This document shows positions 25,079 to 38,641 of a stretch of DNA of 64,000 nt, piece after piece. The first letter of the stretch is position 1, and each line of letters opens with the position of its first letter. The notes below the pieces were generated by a model. The model saw nothing but the letters and a program-made list of their open reading frames with translations. It searched no databases and had not been told where the DNA came from. The stretch lies in the NCBI RefSeq assembly GCF_009914755.1, contig NC_060929.1. One strand, given 5' to 3'. Both the position numbers and the translations under genes were made by a program. This DNA is from the human T2T-CHM13v2.0 reference genome, Homo sapiens.

Positions 25079-25581
25079 TGCATTCAGTTTCCTGTGGCTG
25101 CTGCAATGAGTGGTCACACACTCAGTGGCTTAACATGACACAGATTCATGATCCCGCAGCTCTGGAGGTTAGAGTTCCAAAACGATTTCTATGGGGACAA
25201 AGTCAAGGTGTTGCCGGGGCTGGTCTTGCTGGAGGCTCGAGGGGGGAAACCATCACTTGGCTTTTCCAGTTTTCCAGAGGCCACCACTTCCTTGGTTTGT
25301 GTCCCTTTCCTCCACCCTCAGCACCAGCAGCATAGCCTCTTCTCTGCTCTCACCTCTGCGCTCATCCTTACATCTTCTCGTTCTCACTTGGATGCTCCTG
25401 CCTCTCTCTTCTGAGAACCCCTGTGATTAACTGGACCCTCCCAGAGAGGCCAGGATGATCTCCCCTTTTCAAGGTTCCCCCACCACATCCGCAAAGTCCT
25501 TTTTACCATGTAGGGTGAGAGCCACAGGTCCTTGGAATCAGGACCCTGTCATCATTGGAGGCCATTATTCAGTCGACCACC
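25079..25581 (-). mobile_element. MLT1C/D-type solo LTR
   Basis: gtttcctgtggctgctg...gtggcttaaca...cagctctggagg...acatccgcaaagtcc...ggaggccattattcag. Confidence 0.75.
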
Positions 25582-27082
25582 AGTGCTACCCCAGCTACTG
25601 CTATGATCCTGCAATCCCTGTTACCGCTGACCCTTCCCCAGGGTCCAGTCTGGCTTTATTGTTGGGCAGAGAGATTGGTTCAGAAACCCACACGTGACCC
25701 AATCCAGGCTGATCCGAGCTTGTCCACAGTTTCGGAAGTTACTGCCCTTTTCCTTGGACTCACCGAATGTGGTGGCAATGCAAGCTGGAGATGCCAGAGG
25801 CAATGCCTTCTGACCTGTGGGAGCTTGCACCTGAGGATGGAGCATCACAGAAGACAGCAGGAGGTAGTGGCAGACAGACGGGGTCTCTTGGTCCGTGGCT
25901 GGGGATCCCAAACCTTGCTGTTCCTGAAGCCTGTGAACTCCTGGACTCCCCACTTTTAAGCAACAGAAATATGCTTTGTTTAAACTGGTTTAATTTTTGC
26001 TTTGACTGTTCTTATCAGAAAACAATGTCATGTCCAATATGGCAGAAATTACAGCTCAGTGAGCCCTAATTTCATGCTGCTTTCCCCTTTACAGAAGGAA
26101 GAAATTCCTTCATGGTGATGGACATCTCTTGGTATACACAGCCCTCCCACCGCCGGCTTCAGGGTGGTTCTTGTGAAATCTGAGAAAGTAATTTTCTCTC
26201 AATGTGTATTTACAGTGGATTCATGTGATCACACTTAGCATTGTTTTTCAAAATGTGGCGAACACCAAACCATGATCATCGTTGCTTGTTCACTCAACAT
26301 CTAAACAATCTAAGAACATAGTCGCCCCGCCCACCAGCTCATACATCTGCAGTTTCCAGGTTGGTGGGCTGTCAGCCACCAAGGATCCTGGTCCCAGAGT
26401 TACCTACACACAGGCAGGTGAAGGCTGCACCTTGTTGCATGCAGCTCCATTGGTGCTCAGTGTTTCTTTCTGAATGTGCAGTTATCTCTGCATTTTCATA
26501 TTCTCTATACATTTCAGTAAGTGCTGCTGGAACTGTTTCTTTGTGTGTGTATTTTTATGCTACTTTTGCAAACTGGAATGACATGTAAACATTCCACAGG
26601 GAAAGACAAACAACACAGATTGAATTTAGAAATAATTATGGCAAGAGGCGAGGGGCAAAGGAAACTCCAGTTGAGGCATTTGTCTTTCTTACCCTTGTGG
26701 GACCTGGCACCATGGCCCTCGAGCCCATCCTAAACTCTTGCTAATTGTAGGATTGTCACATTGACATCGGCAATGCAAATTCCAGACCATCTCATCTTAC
26801 TGAAGAGAGGCCACGATAGCCTTCCAAAGTCTCCCTGCATTGCTGTTTCTGGGCAACCCTGAGGGACCCTCCAAGGGCCCTTAACCTGCCTGGTGACTGT
26901 GAATGGTGTCAGCAGGGTGACTGCCTCCTCTCCAGGTCTCTATGTCTATGTCTGCTGCTCACGGCATGGTGAGGTGGCTGCTCACTGAGTGCTTATATCC
27001 ACAGCAGGTCTACAGGTCTGAGTGTCCTTGAACTTGGGGTCTCCAATGGCCAGGGTGGAAGAGGAGCAGTGTCTTTGCCAAA

Positions 27083-27935
27083 TGTGATGGGTAACTTCAG
27101 GCATCAATGTGGCTGGATTAAGAGATATCTAGATACCTGGGCTGGCCCACCGTCCACATGCAGTCCATGAGTGTGAGCCTGCAGGCAAGCCATGCACACC
27201 CTGAGTGCCCACACAGGGCGGTCTTGCCCAGCTTTGTCATTACATGGGCCGGCACCCGGGCCACAGTGCAATGAAAGAGGCTGCCTTCATTACAGTGGGG
27301 ACAGCACCCGCAATCCATGCAACTCCATAGAACACAGAGTCATCATCCTGCTGGGCACCTGGCCACCAGGAAGAGGATCAGGGCTCTTTGAGGAAGAGAA
27401 GGCGGGCCACACAGGGTGGCAGCCAGCAGCCCTGCCATGGCTCTGCTGAGAAAGCATTGTTTCCCAAAGAGACATTTGGTGCAGTGTACTGAGTAAGGAA
27501 GTTACACTCTCACTTAATGTGTGCAGGCACTATGTCATTGGCCAAGGGCTGAGGGCCTGGAGAGAACAAAATGGCAGAAGAAAGGCAAATGTACTCTTTC
27601 TTGTGGAGCTGGGAGATCCATCTTCTCCTGAACTTGGACCTCCAGGTTCTCCAGCCTGTGGACCATGGAACATGCACCCGTGGCCTCCCAGGTTCTCTGG
27701 CCTTTGGCCTCAGACTGAGAATTGCCCCATCAGCGTCCCTGGTTCTGAGGCCTTCGGACTTGGACTGAGCCGCAGTGTTGGCATCCCTGGATCTCCATGT
27801 GCCGGGGGCCTGTCCCTATCATGGGAGTTCTCAGCCTCCAATTCCCTTCATAAATCTCCTCTCATACATCTACATCTGTTTGCATCTGCATCCAGCCTAT
27901 TGGGTCTGTGTTTCCGGAGAGCACCGACTATTCCA
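27083..27935 (+). mobile_element. MLT2 (ERVL) solo LTR interrupted by a ~310-bp non-LTR insert at 27142-27450
   Basis: Reads tgtgatgggtaac...ctagatacctgg, then the insert, then aaagcattgtttc...gagaattgccccatcagc...gactattcca. TSD-like flanks ccaaa/ccaac. Confidence 0.8.
27142..27450 (+). repeat. Inverted duplication B, left arm (insert in MLT2)
   Basis: Reverse complement of 28121-28426, colinear, roughly 75-80% identical by eye. Confidence 0.93.
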
Positions 27936-28120
27936 CCAACCCTTCGCCATGTCACCCCGGGTCCCACACAGGCCCTGGAGCAGTTAGTTCTTGGCATCTG
28001 CCCTCGTCCCTGCCTGGAGCCCCTCAGCCTCCCTCTTCTGTTTCTGGCCTTGTCCGTTTAGTCCCAGAGCTCAGGTCAAGGGTCATGCAGGGAACAGACC
28101 CTTTGCCCTCTGCCCCAGCA

Positions 28121-28426
28121 CTCAGGGGAGCCACGGCAAGGCTGCTGGCTGCCACCCTCTGTAACCCTTCTTCTGTTCTGCGAAGAGCTCTGATTCTTGT
28201 CCTGGTGGTCAGGTGCCCAGCAGGACGATGACTGTGTTCTGTGGAATTGCATGGATCACGGGCACTGTGCCCACTCTGATGAAGGCAGCGTCTTCCATTG
28301 TCCTGTGGCCCAGGTGCTGGCCTAGGTAATGAGGTAGCCAGGCAGATTGCTCTATGTGGGCACTCAGGGTGTGTACAGCTCGCCTCCAGGCCCACGTTCA
28401 TGGACTGCGTGTGGATCGTGGGCCAG
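28121..28426 (-). repeat. Inverted duplication B, right arm (probable donor)
   Basis: For example, tcctggtggtcaggtgcccagcaggacgatgac pairs with gtcatcatcctgctgggcacctggccaccagga. Confidence 0.93.
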
Positions 28427-29333
28427 TCTGGGCCAGCTCCCAGCCCCATGAGCCACCTTGCCCAAAGACCATGCACGTCCTGCTCCTCCATGGCTATGAG
28501 CACTCTATGGCTGGCTGCTCACCGAGATCCTCCCACAAAGCCAGCCATGCATGGGGAGCTCCCACCTCATCCCACCTCATAGAGCCCATCCATCCAGGGC
28601 TGCTCCTGGGACGTGGCTCACATGCCCTGCACACAGCGCGCCCCTTCCTTCCACGTGTGCCCTGGGGCTCTGTAACCCACTGTGCTTGCCTCCATGGATC
28701 AACCCCTAGATTCCTAAAGAAGCAGTCTGACCTCCTCAGGTTTCATGACTGCCTTCTGCTGCTAGCTAGACCAGGTGCGATATCATCTGCGCTGCCTCTC
28801 TCCACCTAGCTGCATTTGACGTGTGGTCTTGAATCTTTGAGTGGATACAGTACGTCATCTTCACGCAGAACCTGGGCAACGGGATGTTGAGCTTTCTCTC
28901 TGTGTTTCAAAGCATTTTCTAAAAATTATTATTGGAATTTTCTGTCCTTGGAAAAAGAGAAGACAGGGTCATATTAAACGATGATAAAACAGATGTTGGA
29001 GCTATTTTGGTTTAAGTATATTCTAAATGAGGAGTGATGTGTAGTCTTCCAGCAAACCCAGCAGAGGAAGATTCAGGTACCCGCCTAGCCTGTGAAGGTG
29101 CAGGGGCGCTGGTGGGGGGATGGACTTGGGTACAAGACAGTCAAGGCAGAGGCAGGGTGGGAGCCCATCCCAAGGAGAGAGTCTCCGGGGAAGGTGAGCA
29201 TCTGCTTCCAAGTCCCCAAGTTTGAAGACCACCCTCTGGGACCTGGCAATGCTGGCAGTAAGGGCAGGCCCAGCAGTCACCTCAGGGTCCTGAGAGGGTG
29301 AGTCCTGCAAAATGCCACACACAGGACTCCAGG

Positions 29334-29387
29334 GCAGGTTCTGATGCTTCCAGGGTTCCCGGGGCAGGTTCCCGATGCTTCCAGGGT
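29334..29387. repeat. Short ~30-bp tandem duplication
   Basis: gcaggttc(t/cc)gatgcttccagggt occurs twice. Confidence 0.8.
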
Positions 29388-31482
29388 GGTCCCCTCCCCA
29401 TGGGTCGCACCCACTGAAGCCGAGGGTGGAGTCTTGCTTGGGATTTTAGATCTCTTCTGTGGATGTGGCTCATGTTGGCCAGCTGTTGTAAAATTCTACA
29501 ATGTATCTATTCTATATTATATAGAGAGTATATAGTTATATACATATATACGGAGAATTAACATATTCTATATACAAACTGCATGCACACACACACTCAT
29601 GTATTAATGATTATAGTATATTCAAACCACATTCCTGGCACACACGCTACTATCCTTTGCACTACAATCACCCCCTGTTCAGATAATGTGTAGGCTTGTA
29701 TTTTCCTAACATTTTAAAGCATGAACCCCTAAGCCTCCTCCAGTGTAAATAATGCATTGAAGTAAAATATGGACTGTCGAACTTAAGCAACAATTAATTA
29801 TATAGCACATAAATCCTTCCTTGGAAATGAGTAATACCCAGTCCTTTGTGCATAAATGTTTCTCTGAATTTTGTTTGAACTGCTAGCCTCATAACATTAG
29901 ATGGTGCAGTCAGGATAATTTTCATTAGAAAAATAATTATAGGCTAAATACGGTTAATAAAACATTAACTATAAATTTGAATATTTTAAAAGCATGTCCT
30001 TCTAGGAGCAGCTTCTAATGAATTTTGATGAAAATACCATGATTACTTAAGAAAAAATAAATAGACATGATTATTATCCACAATTGTGAGATTGATGAAT
30101 TACAAAAAAAAGCGATTTTAACTCAGAAAGAATTATTCTGCAAACCTATTTCATAAAATAGATAATTCTAGGAAGAAGAGAAAAAATAATTCTTTATGCT
30201 TGACAGAACATTATGCTTAATTTTAATCCCATTGTCGATTCATGAATTTGTAGTTATTAGTAAATCATAAAGCCTTCAAGTTTTAAAGTTTAAAATAATG
30301 TTAAAAGATAAACTTCTGTTGAAAGATTTGACCTCAGCTCTGAAGGGCGCTCTGTGCCGTTGGTGGGGCCTGAAGAGAGGCTGGGGCCGATCTTCTCTCA
30401 GCCCGTTCCATCCCTTCCCCGTGGCCTCATGCACTCATCCGTCCTCCCAGCAAACCTGCATCCTCCATACGTCCCTCAGTGAAATCCGTTCCAGTCCTGT
30501 ATTCAACACCAACACCAGCATCTATTCTAGACTCCCACACCTTGGGGACCGTGGGATGTGGGGCCTCGCCGGGTGACAGTAAACTCATCAGATACACTAA
30601 CCTAGGCCACTTTCCAAGATGGAGAAATGACACCGGGGTGGTGCCTGTCCTGCTGGGTAACCAGCCCCACAACGGGGGGCTGCAGGAGGAGCTCTAGTCA
30701 GGGACGGCAGTCCTGGGGCCCACCGAGCAGCACCTCGGGCCATCACTGACTGGGCCTTTTGCCGTGCAAGTGAAGCTTTGCCTGTGCTAGGAAGGCAGTG
30801 GACTACTGGTCCTGACATGCCCCAAAGAGGCGTCTCCCTTGATACCTGTCGCTGGGAAAAGCAATCTCAAAACTTGGTCACCTCTTCTCCCTTCTTACCT
30901 CCCACCCTCCCACACACCCCACGCAGGAGGTAGAAGGGCCTACTTTCACGGACACCATTTCTCTGTAAAGAATTTAAAATAGTTTCTAATGCACTTTTCC
31001 ATGTCTTCTCTATTTTTATCCTTTCAGGAAACTTGCAAAGCCATAATATTATTTTACTTTTTTGGTGTAAAATGGAGCCCAAAAGGCTGTAAGGTGTGGT
31101 CATCCTGCAGCAGCTGGGGCATGGAGCACAGGGGAGCTGGCCTCCACACTGTGGGGTCTGCATTTGCTGTGGCAGACAAGCTCATGGAGCTAACACCGCG
31201 CAAGGACAGTGAGCTGGAGAGAGGAGCCTGAGATGCTTGGGGTAAAGGTGCTTTCACCTTTGGAGGCAGGTTCCTTCCATCCGAGCAGAGGGCCCTGGAC
31301 AGCCCTTCGTGAAACCTAGCAGTGAGAAGGTGTGTCTAGACTTGCTTCCATCCACACAGTGCCCTGGTGTCCCTTAAACTTTCCCATCACTCAGGGCCTT
31401 GGGCAGCAGCTGCACGGAGCGGGACCCTCAGAGACACTGTTGGATGGTCCTTTAAGATGGCAGGTGTTCTATGCCATGCACG

Positions 31483-31580
31483 TTTTGTAGATGAGAAACT
31501 AAAAACCGATGAAGTGACTTGCCTAACTTAAGCCACCCAGCTAATACATTGTAAAAGCAACATTTGAATCCAGACGGGAG
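31483..31580 (-). mobile_element. MIR fragment
   Basis: ttttgtagatgagaaact...gaagtgacttgcc...cacccagcta...atttgaatccag. Confidence 0.65.
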
Positions 31581-31724
31581 AACCTATGTTCTGCAGAGAG
31601 CTTGAAAGGGTGGAAGGAGGAAGAACTCTTGCTTCCCTAGGGAGCCTGGGGAGGGAGACAGAGCCAGGGGTTAAGAAACTGTCCATGCATGAGAACTCGA
31701 GACTCTCACAAAGCTGCAAGCTGT

Positions 31725-31808
31725 GCACTATGATGCCCATTTGATAGAGAGGGAAACTGAGGCTCAGAGGTTCAAGGACGGAGACCGGTATTGATCCCAG
31801 CTCTGACA
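31725..31808 (-). mobile_element. MIR fragment
   Basis: cccatttgatagagagggaaactgaggctcagagg. Confidence 0.65.
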
Positions 31809-32649
31809 GCAATGCTCCACGCTGCCTCCACTGCACATAAAGAGAAATCTCCTTGGCGTTGGGACCGCTGAACCCCACGATAGCAGCTGGTCCCTGGATC
31901 TGGATGTCTGGCCCCACAGAGAACCCGTTGAAGGCAGCATTGGAATCATGATGAGGCCGACACCATGGACGACCCCAGGAGGTGCATGTGGTGGGAAGTG
32001 GGTGGGCACGACCCCCAGGCCACCCATGCTGTCTTGACACTGGAGCTGCTGCCCTGGCCTCTGACCGGCTGGCCAGCCTCCATGGCGCCTCCCCACCAAG
32101 CACTGGCTTCCGTGGCCTGAAGATCCCAGTGCAAATGAATCAGAAACACATGGCTGACTTTTCCCTGGAATTACACGTGATTTGACAAATGGTTAGAAGT
32201 CTCTGGCAAAATACATTTGGGATTATTTTATTGTCTAAAAGTTTGAAAAATAAGTTTGAGATGTTCCAAAAGTCTGAACACGGCGTTCCTTACTCATCAT
32301 GCTGTTGAACAAGGAGTAAATAACTGCCGGTGTGACACCCCAGAGAAGCCCTTCCTGATGCAGTCGACGGGGGTGAGAACGTCGCGGGAAATATTCCCTC
32401 GCTAACCCCCACTTTGGGCTACACAGCGGCCTTGGAGAGGACCACACTCCACAGGAAAAACATCAGGCTTGCAAAGATGTTTACAATAGCAGAGGCATGG
32501 AGTTGGTAGAAGAGAAAGATCTCCAAGCAAAGAATGGGTTTTCCCTGAGAAGGTCGCATCCCATGCAGACAACCCATTTCGTCTCACCGGGAAAGCTGAA
32601 CTCAGACCCCTGTGAGTTGTGTTCATAGCGCTTTACGTCCATCTCCTTA

Positions 32650-33015
<366 letters not shown>

Positions 33016-36000
33016 TTAGGCTAACTTTTATCTCTCTGTTGTCCCTAATCGGACTAAGAAAAGCCACGTGATCTTGAGCAGAACAAGGAACATTTCAGCC
33101 CCCTGGCCTGTAACAGGGAAGGTGAGTGGCTGGGGGTGGGAGGCGGATGCCCTTTCTTCATTCCTGCCCAGCTCTGGTGCTCCTGGCTGGGGGCTTCCTC
33201 TGAGGCTCTGTTCCCTGGGCAGTCAGGGCTTGGGCATGGGGCCTTTCCTCTTCTTGTCTTACAACTGAGTCACAGAGACCCCTCTGGAGGGGGTCACACC
33301 CCAAATCAAGGAAGCGCTGATAAGGCTGGGACAGCTTGAAGGAACCATGAGAGGGCTGAGCGGGGAGGCTGGATTCAGGGTTCTGCCCCATTGATCATCT
33401 TTGATGGTGTGGGACAGGCAGAAGAGGAGGGAAGGCGGTAGGCAGGGGACACCTGGATCCCTTCCATGTACAGCAGTGAGGGTGTCCTGTGGGTGGAGGG
33501 TGGGGCAGCCTGTGCACAGAAAAACCGTCCCCAGCCTGGAACTGAGCCCCAGGTGGAGACCACCGTGGCCCTAGGCCCTCTTCCCTCTACCTCCCGCCTC
33601 GTTTCTCACCGGGACCCTGCAGTGTCCACACCTGAGCATGTCTGGGCCCAGCACGAACCAGCCTGTGCCTGGTGCTCCCACCTCTGTCTGGACCCCACGA
33701 TGGCTTCCTCGTCCTCCTGGCTTCTGCTTCCTCGCCGTCCTCCACCCCCACAGGGTTGTGATTTTCTCCCTGAACCTCATCATAAGCACGCCACTTCTCT
33801 TCCATCCATCTCCATGTCCCCCACCTGGGCCTGGAGACCTCCAGGTGCCTGCCCAGTCGCCCCTGGCCCCTTTGTATAGGGAATCTGGATGTCGACTCTA
33901 AATATGGAGCTTCCTCCTGTCTCCTGGCCCCTCCCCTTGAGAACCATGAGCATTTTTCCTGACACCCCCTTAAGGCAGGGCTCTCTCCACTGGATCCTGG
34001 AACCCCAAAGCTCTGTGCCAGTCCCTCCCCAGCATCTCAAACTGACGTGCAAATAGCAGGCGTCCAGTGAAATTCTGCCTATGTGAGTGGAAGTTCCTGC
34101 TTGTTCCTCTTACTGTGTGATTTGGGAGAGGGCTGTCCTCATCCCTGGTGCACCCTTTCGTCATCCGCTTAAATCTCAGCGAAGCCACCTCAGCTTCCAG
34201 TGACAGCGGCCGGCGGGAGGCAGCCCTGAGAATTTTGAGCAAACACAGTTTGGAAAACTCAGGGTGGAGGCAGAAAGGACCAGGGATGAGCGGATTCAGA
34301 ACGAAAGCTGGTGGGCAGGTGGGGGTACAGGTGGGCACTCTCATGGCCTTCTTCCAGATCTCTTCTAACAGGAGTTTATAAAATGATTTAATGAACAAAA
34401 AGTACCAGGGGATTCCCCACACACGGTGCACAAAGAGCAGAGGGGGTGAGAATTAACGCTGGCGATGCGGTAATTACCGTAATTACCAGACTCAACAATT
34501 GTTCATTATCTGAGACTTCACGTCTTCAAACAGTTGGAGACATGACCTGCGAGAGGCCGGTCTGCGTTGCTTTCATGGTGCTGTCCTGGGATGCCAGTGT
34601 CAGTTCCGGGGTCTGTGCACTTGGCACAGGGGTTCATGGGGGTCGGGGTCCGTGTGGCATGAGGGGCTCCACGCTGCACCCAGGGGCACACCAGGAAATG
34701 AAGTTTTGCTTTGCTCACCTTGAAACCACACGGAACGTTCTAAATTGTGCATTCCACATTTGTGCCTGTTGAGTGTGTAAGTGGCAATTGCACAGAACGT
34801 TTAAAGTGAGGCTGGGACATCCAAAAGGCAGTTGCCAAATTTTTTGGTGAGTTCATTGTCAGTGAATCAGAAACATATGACTTGAATTACCATACAAATT
34901 CATGTTTAGAATCTTATGAGCACCGTCTTTGGCAAACCAAAGCTCAGAGTCACCAGGGAGGAGCTTGGACACCGAGTGAGGAGAGAGACCACCACGCAGT
35001 TTCAAAGCGGCGGCGCCTGTGGCTGGGTGTGTGGAGTGGAGGGTCCTGACTGTGAAGGTGATCTCCTCGCCCCCAGGCTCCCAGCTCTGTTACAGGCCTG
35101 GGTCTGAGGCTGCTGTGTCCAGGAGCATCCAGGCAGAGCACCCTGGAGCCCGAAGCAGAGTCCCACTCAATGCTTACCCATGCTTCAGGCATGGAGGCCA
35201 CCCGCTGTGCCAGCTTGTGATGGGGATGGTGGGAAGTACAGCCGCCTCTCCTCCAGGCCGGATGTTTCCTTGCTTCCTCGGGAAGTTGGGGCCAAGGGAG
35301 CCGTGCACCCTCTGCTTTTGTACAGTTCTCCAGAAACGACAGAGGCGTCCCACTTCTTTTACAGCCTGTATTTATTTCTCATGAAGTTAAAAAGAAAGCA
35401 AACTGTTGTGCTGCCTCCTGGTCTCTGAGGTCAGGGTGGATGCTCAGTCCTGTGATCCTATGTACTGAATGATCTCCTTCTTCAGATGAGAAAATGAAGT
35501 GACAGCCACAGGCATGACAGCCCTCACGGTGGCACAGGAGTCCCTGGCCGCAGCCTCTGACCCTATCTGTTACTCCAAGCCATCACTTCCAGCACCAGCC
35601 CTGGGCTCCTTGAGTCTCTGTTCTGATGCCAAAGCAGGTGCCAGTGAAGCTCCTCTGGCTGACTCATTCTTCCAGTCCCTCTTGATGGGACCATCGGGGT
35701 CAACATGCCCTGCCACCTTTTTCTCTGTGTCTGTTCAGTGGAATCACGGCTTCAGCCGGGGCACCACATTCAAGACCGTCCCTTTCTCTCATCCAGTGAT
35801 TAGGCATTCCTCGGAGGTGCTGGGCCCCAGCCTGGACAGGAGGGCCCTGGGCGGGCTCTTGCTTCTCAACCACACGAGACACATCACCAGCCAGGCAGGC
35901 ACCTCTGTGGTGGTGCTATCCAGGGCTGCACGGCGCAGCTACTCTCCCGAGTGCACCGGCCAGGTCAGAGAAAAGCCTGCTCCCTGTCTATTGCCACGTG

Positions 36001-36651
36001 GCCTCAGAAAAAGGTTCCATGGAGGCTGTGGTTTTCCCAGTGCCAGTGCTGAGACAGACACTGCACCAGGGTGGGAAATTGGAATCGCAGAGCGCTTGGG
36101 GCAGGGAGGCAGAGCTGGTGGGTGGATCAATTCTTTCCTGCCAACTGCAGGCCAGCAGCAGATTCCTCAGTAATGAAGGTGGGTCCCAGCAGTGCCTGTT
36201 GTTCGTCTGCTTTTCCTTCTCTTCTGTGCTCTTGTTCGTGATTCTGGAAGTTAGCACAAGCTACCCTGGTGTTCTCCAGAGCCGCACACCTTGACAAAGC
36301 AGTATCTTACAATGTGCAGCTATTCAGATCCCTCTCGCACCGATGCGAAGAGGGAACAGCGGTTTCCTGTGGCTATTTCACAGGTGGCATCTCCATCGTC
36401 ACCATATAATCAGCGATTCTGCTGGCATAAAGGCAAGAAAAATTAATTTCATAAACTAAACCTACAATGTATAAATCACAGAAGTTGTTATTTTTCCACT
36501 CCTGGGAAAACTGCCAGCCCATTCATAGGACAGCCAGACATGCATGATGATCAGATTTAGAATCTGTCCTTGCTGTTGCCCCGTCTTACAGCCTTGAAAA
36601 ACTTTACTCCCGCAACTACATTGTAGCATTGCTATCTTGAAGGCAGATTAT

Positions 36652-36693
36652 TTGAAGGTATATTTGAAGTATATTTGAAGGTAGAAGGTAGAA
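36652..36693. repeat. Short tandem repeat tatttgaag(g)ta x3
   Basis: Directly visible. Confidence 0.7.
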
Positions 36694-37699
36694 AAATAAA
36701 ACACATCTCTGTTTGCTAACTTGGTCTTTGGCTGTTAAATATTTAGCTATTTGGCATAAGGGCCTCCAATGATGCTCTTGCACAAGCCTGTCCGTGCCAC
36801 AGATGGCCTGCTCGGGGTAGAGTCCTCAGCCCCTGCCCTCCACAGCCTCCTGCTCCCAGTGTGCATGGAAGAGGGTGAGGCCAGCCATGGAGACAGCTAG
36901 AGCGTGCCCAGCCCTGCCTGTCTTAACAGCGATTTTGCAGAGGAATTGTCTAAAATTAATGACTCAACTCTTTATGTTTGCTGGAACATTTCTATTGTCT
37001 GGATCACCCTGCCTCTAAACCTTCCAGTAGGTTCCAACCTCCAGGAATGAGCACAGCTGCACTGGATCCCAATTCGCCTTTCAGCGATGCCTCTCCAGGC
37101 ACACACGCTACCAGCAGCACTTGTTCCTTTGTCCTTCTGCCACAGCGGAAGCAGAGCCCACATCATCCTGAACTCTCTATGCAGTCAGGACAGTCCTCAA
37201 AGCCGTTCCCACCCGTGCCGTGCACTCTGAATTGGAGGACATCAAGGTTGGCAGGGTCTCCCGGCAGAATCTGCTCCAGGAGGCCCTTCAGTGAGCAGGA
37301 GGCTGCCCCAGGACCCCGGGCCCCGAAGGAAGAAATCCTCAGCTCCTCTTCCCACCCACCCTCTCATCTCAAGCTAGCGCCTCCCAATGGCCGAAACCAA
37401 CAGGAAGTCTGAGGGCCAGGGGATCCTGGGTGAGCAGGACAGAGAAAGGGCAGAGAGGCCTGGTGGGCAGTAGGGCCCTGTATGAATACGGCCCTGACCC
37501 TGATGAATGGGTACAGAACAGCGTGGCAGAGGACAAAGGTTTGGGCATGAGGGTCCCACAAACCTGGCTTCCTATGAAGTCTGCCACCTGTGCTAGAGGC
37601 CTGCCCAGCCCAATGATCCCTCCGTTTGCTTGAGACTTGTCACCCTAAGCGTCCTCCTGGTGCCTGCCCAGCTGGCCCTCAGCACTCAGGGATGGCAGA

Positions 37700-37985
37700 G
37701 TGCTTCGGCCCTCCTGTCCTGGGCCACACCAGATGTGAGAAGCATCTTCCCCAGTTGAGCTCTGATGACAGTGGTGCCTCTGCCCTCTGGTCCTGGGCCA
37801 CACCGGATGTGAGAAACATTTTCCCCGGTTGAGCTCTGATGACAGCGGTGCCTCGGCCCTCTTGTCCTGGGCCACACCAGATGTGAGAAATGCCTTCCCT
37901 GGTTGAGCTCTGATGACAGTGGTGCCTCTGCCCTCTGGTCCTGGGCCACACCGGGTGTGAGAAACGCCTTCCCCGGGTTGAGCTC
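37700..37985. repeat. 74-bp minisatellite, ~3.9 copies
   Basis: Units start at 37700, 37774, 37848 and 37922 (gtgcctctgccctctggtcctgggccacacc...ttgagctctgatgacag). Confidence 0.95.
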
Positions 37986-38195
37986 CAGTGCTTCTCTTGG
38001 CAGTGGGCACTTACGAGTCCCCTGCACCTCTCTGGACCTGGCCTGGCCCACCTGCCTCTTCTTCCTCCTCAGTCTTTCAGGTGCTGGGGCCCGTCCTTCC
38101 CAAGAACGCAGCCCCCGTGCCCAGCTGAACCTCAGCCACCACATCCCAGAGCCCCTCAGCATCTCAGGTGAACAGAACTCACTTGCTTCCCGACA

Positions 38196-38300
38196 CCCCC
38201 CTCCATGTGTGGCATGAGGCTGCCAGGGACCCTAAACAAGGCCCAACCTCCCCCTCCATATGTGGCATGAGGCTGCCGGGGACCTTGAACAAGGCCCCAC
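38196..38300. repeat. 53-bp tandem duplication
   Basis: ctccat(g/a)tgtggcatgaggctgcc.gggacc.t.aacaaggccc at 38201 and 38254. Confidence 0.9.
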
Positions 38301-38641
38301 CTTTGGAGGATCCAGTCCCTTCGCTGGGGCATGACTGGGTTGAACAAGGTGTCTCCCAACCCTCTGTCCTTAATGCCAGTGCTCTCTCTCACCTGAGGAT
38401 GCAGCTCAAAAGTACTCAATGTTTATTTTTCTAATTGACTTTCTCAATGTGTGAAACAGACTGCAGCAGCTGCTTCTGCTTTTAGGGGCTGGAGGGAGCA
38501 GATCAGGGCTGTGGCAAAGAGAACCCTGAGCCGGGGCCTCCGCTCCTGGGGATGGGGGTGCTGCTGTAGAGGAGCTGGCGGGTGGAGGTGAGAGTCAAAA
38601 AGAAAGTTCCCTGTTGTAGAGATTTTCAGCTTGTCCTCCAG

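Noticed and set aside
35499-36173. 224-aa ORF
   Set aside because: No recognisable domain or exon structure.
37700-37985. Regularly spaced repeats (also 41728-41872 and 54681-54798) as CRISPR-like arrays
   Set aside because: The units are contiguous with no unique spacers, there are no cas genes, and the context is eukaryotic. They are ordinary minisatellites.
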